From assembly GCF_036321535.1 (NCBI RefSeq), contig NC_087436.1, forward strand, positions 119,538,001-119,602,000: DNA of 64,000 bases, written 5' to 3'. Source of the DNA: Camelus dromedarius. Lineage: Eukaryota. Positions within the stretch are counted from its first letter, which is position 1, and every line of letters begins with the position of its first letter. The position numbers and the translations under genes were made by a program. Positions 11,576-22,467 of this stretch are shown here, piece by piece. The notes beneath the pieces were generated by a model. The model ran no database searches and was not told the origin of the DNA. It saw only the letters and a list, made by a program, of their open reading frames with translations.

Positions 11576-13399
11576 CTTGGCACTACAGGGTAACAGCTTC
11601 CAGGACACACCCCAGGTCTTAACTTTAATCTACAGAAGAAATAACATGTTGGAACGTTTTACATAAATATGCGTTTGTGGTTTCAAGAAAACGCTGCAGA
11701 TGCTGCATGCTAGTGACCAGAGGACCCCTGCCGGGTCCCCGAAGGCCACACGGCACTGCGCCCACCCTGCTCCGATGCTCCAGTGTGACCCGCCCACGTC
11801 TTCTCAAGCCTCAAAGGCTCTACTCCTTTATACAGTATTTCCACGCGCCTGCTTTACAGGGAAACTTAAAAAATTTTTGCCTATCTAATACAACAGTGAG
11901 CATCTGTTATAGATCACCCTTGTGCCAGTTGCTGGGGAACTGTTGCCCTCATGGAGTGCACAGGCTTCGAGACAGGCACATGATCACATAGGTGACAAAT
12001 ACAATCACAAATCACACTCACACGAAGGAGCACTCATGAGCACTAAGGACAAATTAATCTATGAAGGACTTCATTTAGACTAGGGAGTCGGGGGAGGGTT
12101 CTGTGAGCCGAGGCCTGGAGAGTCAAGAGTGATCCAAGCATCTGAGGAACCAAAGGGCAGCCAGTCTACCACGAAGAGGCAGACCTAGAGTAGCCGAAGG
12201 TTCCAGAGTGGGTGGTGGAACGGGTGGAGGTATGCCGTAGGCGAACTGCACTTTAACGGCACTTTGGTCGGGCGGTGGGCGGTGATGCGAGGGCTGATGC
12301 TGGCCTGGACCAGAGCAAAGGCAGCAGCAGGAGCTGGATGAACCAGAGCCCAGCGACGACCACTCACAGGCGGGGGGCGTGGGCTTGAGGGAGGGCTTCA
12401 GGTGACAGACCTAAACGCCTGGGTGGGTAACGGTATCATTTCCTAAAACGGGGAGAGAGGAAGCACAGGCAAAGGGAAAACCCAGTTTGAAATCCCTGTG
12501 AGACACCCCGGTCAGGACACACTAGGCGCAGGAGAAACGCCTGAGCTGGAAAGCGACCCTGTGCGTGGACACCGTTTAGACCCATCAGATGGGCAAGTCC
12601 CCAGGGACACAGTGAGGGGGCGGCCTGGCTCCGAGCCTGAAGAACCCAGACACGTGGAGGGTGACAGATAAGCGGCCAACGAAGGGGATGACCAGAAAGA
12701 GGAAGAAAAACAGGAGCTGAGGTGACAGCATCCAAGAACAAAGTGTTTCAAGAAGAGCAGTGTTCTGTGTTGAATGAGGAAACATGACAAGGCCTGCATC
12801 TTAGTTCGCACCGCCGCCACGCGCGTGCCCGCGGGCTGACCCTCCGGTCATGAGCCCGAGGTTCCGCATCTATAACATGGGGAGATGGCGCCTGGCTGAC
12901 AGCTCAAACGGCAGCCTTCTGTGTTGTCAACACAGCACGCGTGGAGCTGGGAGATGGGCCTTAGCGCCATTACCTGCTTTGTGGTGAGTGCAGGTCATTC
13001 AAGCCTCACTGATCTCAACTGTGAAATGGGAAGGACGAGGACAAAAACATCCAAAGACGACAAAGCAGACAGCGTTTTGGAGATCTTAGGGATACCAACG
13101 CGCCTCTGAGGCTGCTCTAGCTAAGGACGTTAACCTCAGAGGGCCGACCTGCCAGAGGCCCCTACGGGCTCACACCAAGTCTTCACGTGGAAGAGCAATC
13201 GACACACCCCTCACTAGAGGAATCACAGCTCCAAATGCGGGTCATGGGTATTTCTGCTCCTTCCAGGCGACAGCCGACCCAACCTACAAACTGGAGGGCT
13301 TGCCACCAGCAGGCCCCGACCCCCACCCCTGGCTGATCACGTCTGACACAGCCCGCTTCTTCCTTCCAGGATCATTATCATACAATGTTTAAAGTTTAC

Positions 13400-13481
13400 C
13401 ATATAGTTTTGCCTCCTCCACCAATTTTTGGCTCCTCTGCCGTAAGTTCTCAGTATCAGCCAAAGCTCGCTTATATTTTTC
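13400..13481 (-). CDS. GRPEL1: GRPEL1 exon 3 (82 nt)
   Basis: Acceptor T10-aag|GAAAAATAT and donor G|gtaaac. Encodes EKYKRALADTENLRQRSQKLVEEAKLY(G), the GrpE long helix. Not reported in this frame by the ORF track. Confidence 0.96.
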
Positions 13482-14194
13482 CTTAAAAAAAAAAGTGGGG
13501 GGAGGTGTGAGGTGGAATATACATAGATTAAGTATGGAACAAATTCATAGGAAAGCAAATCTGATAAAACAAATTCCAAGTCAAAATACAAATAACATCT
13601 ATTGCTCTGTTTGAGATTCCAGATTACAGGCAGCGCTGCTTAATAAGCAGAAATAACCTGTGTCACGATTTCTAAGTGGGTAATAAGATGGCCGGGTGCC
13701 ACATTTTCACACAGCCCCTAAGGCCACCCTCACTTAAGTGTGCAGCGGTGGAAAGGACAAGAAAAAGCTTCTAGTTTCTGGGGTTCTGACAGTTCCCCAC
13801 AAGGAAGGACCATTCACTGCTCAGCAGAATCTCTCAATTAAGGGAATCCTAGAATCCTGGACAGGGGCTGACTGCCTCGTGGCCATGCCTTGAGGAGGTT
13901 CAGGAGAACCACGAGCCTGGTGGACAGTTTTGGTCTCTACCCTACAGAAGAGGTACAACCCCATCAATGAATCATGTATTTTTAACGTTGCCTAGATATG
14001 GCTCGGGTGAAACATCTATTGTGTAATAATCATCCGAATTCTGAAATCCTCCTCATTTCTCACAACATTTCCTGTAATTTCACTCATCTCCTGGCATTTC
14101 TATTTTACCATGCACTCAGTTACCGTGCTGGGCCCTCCCTCTGTTTTCAGCCTGCAGGTGATTCCAATGCAGCCTTAAGAGCAAGGCGTACTAG

Positions 14195-14350
14195 GCACAG
14201 CCCTGGCCTGCTGGTGACCTTGGGAGCGTTACTGAAGTGCCCTGGGCCTCAATTTCCTCATTTGGAAACAAGGATACTAACAGCTGACTCACAGGGTTGA
14301 CGTGAGGATTTATATAAGTAAAGGGGTTAAAACAGTGCCAGCATCAGTGT
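14195..14350 (+). mobile_element. MIR SINE fragment in GRPEL1 intron 2
   Basis: gggcctcaatttcctcatttggaaacaaggatactaacag...cagggttgacgtgaggatt. Confidence 0.65.
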
Positions 14351-14812
14351 TTGACATGATCATTCTTAAATCCCTAAAGGACCTGATTTGTGTCACCTGT
14401 GCTTTTTCGTCCGGGGTACTAATCTGTATCACTAACTAGTTCATAAAACTGCCCCTTCCCTATGAGAGCACCACATAGCCACACCTCTGCCCCCTACCCT
14501 CATCCTTCCCTAAGAGCCAGCTTAATCAGCCATCCTGAATATTCCTCCCTTGTAAAGACCGTTTTAAGTCTTAATTCAATATAGTCTACGTAGCACATAA
14601 AGATGATTCTTATGACAGAACCAGAGCCACAAGGGATTTGGGCCCTATTCCCTTCTTCAGCAGTAACTTGTTGCAGGACCCAACCGCAGTCCTTGGACAA
14701 AGATGGCTTCAGCCTCTCTTGTCAATAAAGCATGAAGGCTGGCCAGACATCCTTGGAAGAGATTTACTTGGAGTTCAACAGACCACGTCCCCCAAGAGCT
14801 CCATGGACTTAC

Positions 14813-14975
14813 CATGGTCTCCTTCAGCTGCTCTTCCAACTTGACCTTCTCTTCTATGAGCGTCTTCTCTGCAGAGGGAGGATCTGTCTTCTGTCCATTG
14901 GGACCCACATCCTCTTCCAAATTCTGGCCACTGTTCTTCTGTTTTGTAGCTGTGCACAGCAGCCGAGGAGAGGGC
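14813..14975 (-). CDS. GRPEL1: GRPEL1 exon 2 (163 nt)
   Basis: Acceptor ttctcttag|G CCC TCT and donor ATG|gtaagt. Encodes (R)PSPRLLCTATKQKNSGQNLEED...EEKVKLEEQLKETM, within ORF 14657..14992. Confidence 0.96.
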
Positions 14976-16919
14976 CTAAGAGAAGCCCACATGCTAGAAA
15001 TTAACCATGGTCTTTCTGCCTATTAAACTCACACATATGACTTAAATTGGAAAAAACTTAAAACTCTTTGCTAGTGACTTGTGGAGGAGAAAGGATTTAT
15101 CCTAGATCTAATAAAGGTAAGTTGTATATGATGTATGGAAGCTATTTATACAAAATCTTCTGCAATACATGCTTCAACTAATATGTCAATGTACCCAAGA
15201 CGCAGTGCTAACCTCCTCTTGTTCCTACTCTGAACACTTTCTTCTCAAGTCTGGTCATCCACACCCCACCACATACTGATGCAGCAGCTACTACCAGAGG
15301 TGAGGCCCAGTAGTGAACAAACCTGGAGATCTTGCCCACAGGGTACTTATAGTCACACAAAAAAGATATCTGTACACAAAGAACTATAATCGAGGTTTTA
15401 AAGTGATAAAAGAGGAACCATGTGCTTTAGGAGGCTCAGAGAATACTTCCAGCTTTGGGGAAATGGAAGACTATGAAAGAATATGTGCAGAGGGGCTCTG
15501 AGTGACAGATGAGAATTCACACGGAACTGGGAGTGGATGAGACACACCCACTTTAGGAACAGGGACCAGCCTGGACAACGGCAGGGAGGTAGGAGAGCAC
15601 AGGGGAAATACAAAGAGCTCTAAAACTAATCCTGGAAGTGACTTAAGATATTACTCAATCTGATCCCCACATGAAAAAGTTTAAGTGTTAAGCCCAAGGT
15701 CACAAAGCCATTAACGAATGATGAGAGTCCCAAAACGGATCTCTTCACCAGGCCCAGTGGAGCTCTTCTTACTTACACCGATATGAAAATAAACTGCATT
15801 CAACTTTCTTCCCAGATCAAAGAAAACTGCCTCAATGCACAGGAAAGCTATGATCGCACAGAACATACATACAGCATGGCAGAGTGACATGACAAGGCAG
15901 CATGCGGAGTGACAAGCTGGAAACAGAATGCTGGTCAGAAAGAGATGGTTGAACTGTTGCTTCCACGATCTGGAATAGTGAGTAGCTACCAAACAGAATG
16001 TGTTAAACTGCCAACTTACAGATATGGTGCAGGTGTACTGTGTAAGAAGAAAGGCAAAACACAGAGAAATACAGAAAACACGGCCCTGTTTTTACAAAGA
16101 CAAACCAGAAATCATGAGTAGGTACATGTGTCTTAGGCCTGCAGAGAGTACTGGAAGGGTCCATTAGTCTGTTACCGAGAGTGTTGTGTTTACTTTTGTG
16201 ATTAAAAAAAAAAGGCTGAAGTCTAAAAACACAACGTGCTGTTGTAAAGCCATCTTATTTGCTAGTTGTCCTGGCCTACGGGGGCGAGGGTCACAGCCTT
16301 TCTGCAGGTCAGCGCTGCTCTGCAGACCCTCCTAGAGCTGCCGGAGCAGCAGTGTGGTAGGAGAGGAACAGGGCCCAGTCAGAGCCCACCCTGTCCTACA
16401 CGGAGGGACACGGCGTCCCAGGGAGCTTAGTTACTCTGCCAGCTCAGAGTACAATTCCGCTCTCCTGACCCCTCCATGCGGGTCTCCTCCCGCCAACCCC
16501 CTTGGCGGAGACAGAAATTAACGCTGACTTGGAGATCACTTCCCAGGCAATTAATGGTAGATATAAAACCACAAGTTACTTGAGAAAAAAGCCTTTTTGA
16601 CTTAGGCATTCCAGATGGGTTTGTTCCCATACTGCTCTAAATGACTTACCAAGCCGGCAATCGCACCTTCTCTCCCTCACCTGCCTGGTCTCCCCACCCG
16701 CTCAATGAGCTCCTTGCGGGACAAATCCAGGTCTTGCCCACGCAGCTTCTACCCAACGTTTGGCTCAGAGCAGCTTCTCTAATAGATAACCTGGTTCTGG
16801 GAAGTTCTTCCAACACAGAAGATGCTAATACACTAATTTATGAGTCTGGACTTTCAAAAAGCAGAAACCGCAGGGTTAAAAAAAAAAAAAAAAAGAAATA
16901 ATGAGGCGAGGGCACTGAC

Positions 16920-17900
16920 TCATGACCCCGCCGCACTTCTGACCTCGGACTCGGGAGCAGGCAGAAGTGGACAAGGAATCCGTGCTGAGCGGAAAGAGCC
17001 CGTGTGCCGCTGCCGGGCGCCTCGGGGACCCGGCACGCGCGGCTCTGCGACGCGACCGGGCTCGCGGCCCGGGTCGGAGCGGTTCGGACTTGCGCGGGGC
17101 GCCGTCCCGCCCACTCCGGGCCCGCCGCGCGGGTAGCAGGGGCAGCGCGGGCAGCGAGGCGGCAGGGCAGGCCCCACAGGGCAGGCCGGCTGGTGTCCGT
17201 GCCCCGCGTCCGGGAACCACCGCCAACGACGCCCGTGCTTGGGCCGCACCCCGCCCCTCCTCAGCCCGGGCAGCCGGGCGCCTCTTACCTGAGAGACAAC
17301 GCCAAAGCCGGGATACTACACCGCGCCAGCCTCACGCACCGAACCGCCATGACTGCCACTGCCGCCGCCGGCACTGCGCGCTCACTGGGCATGAGCAGAG
17401 GCCGCTGGCCCGCCCCTTCGGGGGCTAGGCCACTCGCGCAAAGCCTGTGCTTGCTTCCCCGCCCAATTATTCCCCTCAGCCAATCCACCTCCGCTTCTCT
17501 TTTGATGGACAGACTATACGCACCAATAATTGCCTGTCATGACGGAGCACTCTTCCTCCAACATCTGGTAGGAGGGGTCTGAGACCTTCCGGAGCCCCAG
17601 GAGGTGAGGAGGTGAAAGGTGAAGGAAACAGCCGGCGGAGACTCCGTGGACGGGCGTGGTCAAGGGAAGAACCAATGGGGAGGAAGCGTGGGTGGCTGGG
17701 CGCCGGAAGTGCGGGCGCTCTAGGTGATACAGACTCCGGAGTCGGCTTTCCTTTGCGGACGTGTGTTTGCCGTTTCCCGCAGCCCTTTGCTCTGGGAGCC
17801 GGCGTGGGGCCGTGGCAGGCGTCTGTCCTCTGCTTCTCCTGTGCTCCCTCACAGCCCGAGCTCCTGGAACCGTGCCGGGCACAGGGCGCTCAGTGTAGGC
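16920..17900. promoter_or_regulatory. GRPEL1 CpG island and TATA-less promoter
   Basis: Very high GC and CpG density spanning exon 1. CCAAT boxes at 17463, 17480, 17523 and 17672; GC box GGGCGTGG at 17652-17659; ETS/GABP site CCGGAAGTG at 17703-17711; NRF1-like TGGGCATGAGCA at 17386-17397. Confidence 0.85.
17289..17350 (-). CDS. GRPEL1: GRPEL1 exon 1 coding part (62 nt), mitochondrial targeting presequence
   Basis: ATG in a good Kozak context (gcagtcATGG). The peptide MAVRCVRLARCSIPALALSL(R) is Arg-rich and lacks acidic residues. Donor AG|gtaaga. The four exons total 654 nt = 217 aa plus stop. Confidence 0.95.
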
Positions 17901-18744
17901 TAGATGCAGGTAGGCGGGCCAAGGGCAAAAGCACGTCTGCAGGCAACCGAGGGACTTTAGAAAGTATAGTCCTGGCTGCTCCGCCGAGGCCGGTGGCTGC
18001 AGGGGCCTCCGTCGCTATCTGTGAGTTTTATTAGCACAAAACCGAAACCCTAGGAAGCAAACGTGACACCACGCGGCAGTCCTGGTGCTGGGTGAGGAGA
18101 ACGTGGGTGTACGTTGTTTTCTTTGCAATCACATCGTCTTCAGTTTTCTCAGAGTAAAACAAAACAGCAAAATATGAACAGCATCTAGGAAAATTGGGGA
18201 CACAGCTAAAGATCATAAATCCAAATGTTTTCGTTACTCTAACAAAGGTCAGTGCTACCGTATCACGTCCCACCAAGGAGCCGAGGTGCTGGACGGGGAG
18301 GTGCTGCTTGTTTTCATACCCCCCTGCCGCTGCCCTCGAGGCTCTGTCCTGGCTCCTGCTTCAGCATTGCCTGGCCTGCTGTCCTCTCCACCAGGATCGA
18401 GGGCTGGAGCTTGTCCTCTCTGCTAACATGGAGGTCTGCCCCAGATCCCCGGCTGAAGCCTGTGTTCTCCCCCAGACCCCGGTGCTGCAGCCTGTGGTAT
18501 CCCAAGTGGAGGGCTGCCTGCTTGTCGTATTTGTGAGAACCAAACCTATGTTCTTTCCCTTTGTTCCCATTAAAACACTCATCATGTTGAATACCTACTG
18601 TGTGCCAGGCCCTGTGCCACCAGCTGTACGAGGCAAAAAGCCAAATTCAGTGAAATATTCCACTGGACAAATGGCCCTGTGTATTAATTCATTAGGGGCC
18701 TGGAGGGAAAAAGGAAGTAAGACTGAGGGTAAAAGAGCTTAAAA

Positions 18745-19140
18745 AACATAGTGGGATGGAATGTATGGACCTTACTTGGATCATGATAGAACAAACCAAC
18801 TGTAAAAAAGACACTTGTGAGACCATAGGGGGAATCTGAGTATAAATAGTTTTGGATGACAGTAAGGAGCTACTGATACTTTCCTTAGGGAGAGACAGTG
18901 GCCTGGTGGTTAGGTAAACATGCCCTAATTGTTTAGCGATGCCAATGCTAAGTGTTGAAAGTGTTTACTGTAAATTGCCACAGTGTCTGAAGTTGCTTTA
19001 TGATTACTCAGGTGAAAAAAAAAGAGGATCAGAGAAACACAAGTGGCAAAATGTTGAAATGGTTGAGATGGACGATGAATAGTGTGCGGAATTATGACTA
19101 TTGTGTGTGTTTGAAGTTTTCTGTAACAAAATTTAAAACA
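18745..19140 (+). mobile_element. Old L1 (L1MC/ME-like) 3' end fragment
   Basis: AT-rich; aacaaaccaactgtaaaaaagaca..., caagtggcaaaatgttgaaa..., ending in tttgaagttttctgtaacaaaatttaaaa. Confidence 0.55.
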
Positions 19141-19501
19141 TGTCCTGTTTCTCACTGGCTGTGACCTTGGGCAAGGCATTTGTTCTCAGCATTGATCCGC
19201 TCACCTGTAAAACTGGGATTATATAATTTATTGTGAGGTTTAAAAGAGGTGCAAATTGCACTTTCTAATTCTTCTTGGGGCTCAAGGGAATCACGTGGGA
19301 ACCCTGCCCTCAGTAGCTCACAGTGCAGCATGGGGCAGTCAACAGGTAGTTACAGCTGTTGTGTCCTGAGACAGAGGAGCACTGGTGGTTGCAGTGGCAA
19401 TGTTTCTGGGGACACTGAACTGCCCTGGATCCATGCCAGACAGGAGGCGGTGCCCTGGGTGGGCGTCTAACCGTGGATTTTCCTGAACAGAGGCCTGTCT
19501 G

Positions 19502-19520
19502 TGCTGCCACCTGGTGGCCA
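19502..19520 (-). promoter_or_regulatory. Strong CTCF core motif
   Basis: The reverse complement reads TGGCCACCAGGTGGCAGCA, matching the canonical CTCF core TGGCCACCAGG(G/T)GGC(G/A)(C/G)(T/C)A. Confidence 0.65.
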
Positions 19521-20132
19521 CATTGGGAACTACTCCCTTGGGAGCCTGCTCAGGTAGGTAATCCCCTGAGGTCTGTAACTTCACCACCCCACTGCAAATC
19601 ATCAGCACAGGGAGAGGAAGACTCCTGGATCAGCCCTTGGAACCTATTTCCAGTAAAAGGAGTGGGCGGTCCGGGCCGGGAGTGCAGGAAGAGCAAGCTA
19701 AACGGCCCCAAATAAGGATGGGGCAGTGTTTAAAAGAAAACACCCTCAGGAGAAGGTCGTACAGAAGGTGGGACAGCATCTGGGCAGTGGGTGTGATGCT
19801 CATGACAGCTGAGGGCCCGTGAGCGCCAGGCTCCATGCAGGTGCCCTCTCGTGGACCAACCCACCCTGCAGCAACTGGGGGATGGGGGATGGGCCAGGTT
19901 AGGTCACACACTGGAGAAAAGGCAGAGTCTTTGCATGTTTTTCCCAGCCAATCCCAGCACAGGTGACCGTCAGGTCTGAAGCCAGAATCGTCATTTATCT
20001 ATTCCATTATGTGGCTACGAGCTGTGCCATCATCTTCATCATCATCATTATCCCTTGGGAGGGACATGGATTTTCATCCTTTTATCCAACTCTGAAATAA
20101 GCTAATTAAAAAGGAAATATGGGTATGATGGT

Positions 20133-20580
20133 TGTAGTAGACAGAATTCTAAAAATAGCCCTCCAAATACCCACCCTCTGGTTATTCAGTCAAACACTAA
20201 TCTGCGTCCCGCCGTGAAGGGACTTTGCAGATGTAGTTGGAGACCCCAGCCATGTGGCCTTCATGGAGGTGACCTGGTGGACTTGACCTTGGTGAGCCCT
20301 TTAAAAGCAGAGAGTTTCCCCCATAGGCGAAGTCAGGGAGCTTCACAGCATGAGAAAGACTCAGCTCACCATGGCTGGTGTGAAGGTGGACGGGTCCTGG
20401 GAGAAGGTGGCCTCAGGGAGCAGAGCACAGGCCCCCATCTGGCCACCAGCGAGGGCTTGAGGACCTCAGATCCGCTGGAGTCCACGGGCCATCTGAGCAG
20501 GCCCCGGACCACAGCCCAGCCTGGCTTTGTGAGATGCCCAGTGGAGAACCTCCCCACCCCGCAGCTCACCAAGCCACAGA
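20133..20580 (+). mobile_element. MaLR LTR (MLT1E/F-like)
   Basis: Starts tgtagtagacagaattctaaaaatagccc; internal ttattcagtcaaacactaatct...gtgaagggactttgcagatgta is characteristic of MLT1E/F. Confidence 0.65.
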
Positions 20581-21356
20581 ATGATTCCCTGATGTGGCCA
20601 CTGCTTTTATCCTCTCCACTTTATTCTGTCTCAGTACTCGGGATGGATTAACCAGAAACCTTGTTCCCATCTGCATCATGGAGTCTCATTCTTGGCCCAC
20701 TTTTGTTTGTTCCGGTGCTTCAGGGGACACTTTTCCCCCCAGCCTCCACTGGGAAGAAGTGGAGGCTCCTTGGTTAAGAGACTTCCCTGGAAGGGGGACC
20801 TGACAACTGACAGCAGGTTTCATCCCCCGTTCCTCCTGAGCACACGGGCTCCAAACGGAAGCTTTATGTTCTTGGTAAGAAATGCCACCAAAAGGGGCCC
20901 CCAACATTCAAGCTGAAATAACTTTCTGCAAAAAGTTGCATGAGGATCGAGTAAATGCAGCCTTAACTGGCAGCCATCTCCCCAAGGGCATGAGGAGGCC
21001 AGGTAGGGCTTACCATGGGTACCATCTTCCCCTCCCACAGAGACGCCCTAAGGGCAGGGAAGGAGAGAGCGGGCGGCCAAGTCCTGAATCCCGAGGAGAG
21101 CGTCTTAAAAAGCCTGTAACTATAACTCAATAAAAAAAATGTTAAAAAAAAAAGCCTATGGACATGAGAGAGCATTTGAATCTGAGGCTGATTAAATTGT
21201 TCATCACAAACCCACTGCGATTTCAACTCTCCTGCGAGTTGGTTGAATCTGCCATTAGCCGGAAACAGAACTGTGAAAAGCATGAGGGTTGGCAGGAGGG
21301 ACAATTTCTCATGATACAAATGATAGATGCTTATTATAGAAATACTAGAAAAAGTA

Positions 21357-21515
21357 GGGGAGGGTATGGTTCAGTGGTAGAGTGTGTGCTTAGCATGCAT
21401 GAAGTCCTGGGTTCAATCCCCAGTACTGCCAATAAAAATAAATAAATAAATAGACCTAATTACCCCCCCAAAGAAGAAAAAAGAAAAATGCCTAAAAAAT
21501 TAAAAATTAAAAAAT
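21357..21515 (+). mobile_element. tRNA-Ala-derived SINE (camelid vic-1-like)
   Basis: ggggagggtatggttcagtggtagagtgtgtgcttagcatgcatgaagtcctgggttcaatccccagtac has A box, B box and an AGC anticodon loop. It is followed by (AAAT)n, cctaattacccccc and an A-rich tail. Confidence 0.85.
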
Positions 21516-22291
21516 ATGTACATAGTAAGATAATGTAGGAATATTCACCTCTCCCCCTCCTGAATTCCTCTTTCTCTTGTCCTGGTTGGGACCTTAGGCA
21601 CCTGCACTGTCTGTCTCCCCTTGACCCCAGCCTTAGATTGATCACAAACCCAGAACTGGAGCAGGAGGCATCTTGAGATGGCAGCAGTGACCCCGAGATG
21701 AGCAGAGAGGAAGTGGGTCCCTTCGCTTGCATCACGAGGCTGATGATGCTCACGTTATTGTGAGAAGCCCAGCTCAAAGGCAGAGGGGCTCCCTGGAGCT
21801 GTGGCTGAACCTGGGGTGCTTCACAACCTCCTTTCTCGCCGCTAGTAGCCTGGGGTGGCTGTCAGGAGACACGGACACGGATATAGGGCACACATGGGAC
21901 CCCCATAGGAGCAGCGGGCGCACCTGCCTCCGCTCTCACCCCGAAGCCCTCCTGGAACAGGAATCAGAATCCCTGGGGGGAGAAGGGGTGGAACAGCTTA
22001 CAGGGCAGCCATGGGGTGCACATCCTCCTGAGAGGCGTGATGGGATGGGGAAAGGATGCAGGGTCTCAGGATGGGGACGGTTCATTGTCTTGTGGGGGCT
22101 TCACGTTAAGGCTGGCATGGAGGGGTCTCTCACCTCTCAGGGGCAGCCTCTGAACCCACCCCCCACCTCTCCTCACATGTGCCCAATTCCAGCTCCAGTG
22201 GGTGGAACTGGAGTGGGGAGGCTTGGGCCATGCCTGGAGGAAGGAGCTGGTGTGGGAGGATGGGGAGCCTAGTGAGTCCGCCTGAGGCCAC

Positions 22292-22467
22292 GGGGACCAC
22301 CAGGGTGGGGGGGGCCACCAGGGTGGCGGGGGACTACCAGGGGGGACCACCAGGGTGGGGAGGCACCAGGGTGGGGGAGGGCCCACCAGGGTTGGGGGGA
22401 ACTACCAGGGTGGGGGGGGACCACCAGTGTTGGGGGGGAGAAGGCCCCAAGGACAACCAGCGGGGCC
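22292..22467. repeat. Degenerate G-rich minisatellite, ~19-bp unit (GGGGACCACCAGGGTGGGG-like), 9 cores
   Basis: ACCAG cores at 22299, 22317, 22336, 22349, 22365, 22385, 22404, 22423 and 22456, separated by G runs. Confidence 0.85.

Noticed and set aside
13482..13494. Unusual AAG 3' splice acceptor at GRPEL1 exon 3
   Set aside because: AAG is an uncommon but canonical acceptor. It has a strong T10 tract and the exon phase is consistent.
16840..18034. Several long R/P/A/G-rich ORFs (up to 192 aa) around the GRPEL1 promoter
   Set aside because: CpG-island artefacts with low-complexity composition and no domain features.
19601..19618. Possible REST/NRSE site (TCAGCACAGGGAGAG)
   Set aside because: Spacing and sequence differ from TCAGCACCNNGGACAG; too weak to call.
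21357..21431. Apparent tRNA-Ala(AGC) gene (likewise at 29715, 40830 and 46946)
   Set aside because: Stems are disrupted, and the sequence continues into a shared SINE tail instead of a T-run terminator; two copies show TSDs. These are SINEs.
22292..22467. Repeat-spacer appearance (also 48766-48838) suggesting a CRISPR-like array
   Set aside because: Mammalian DNA, short degenerate repeats, no unique constant-length spacers and no cas genes.
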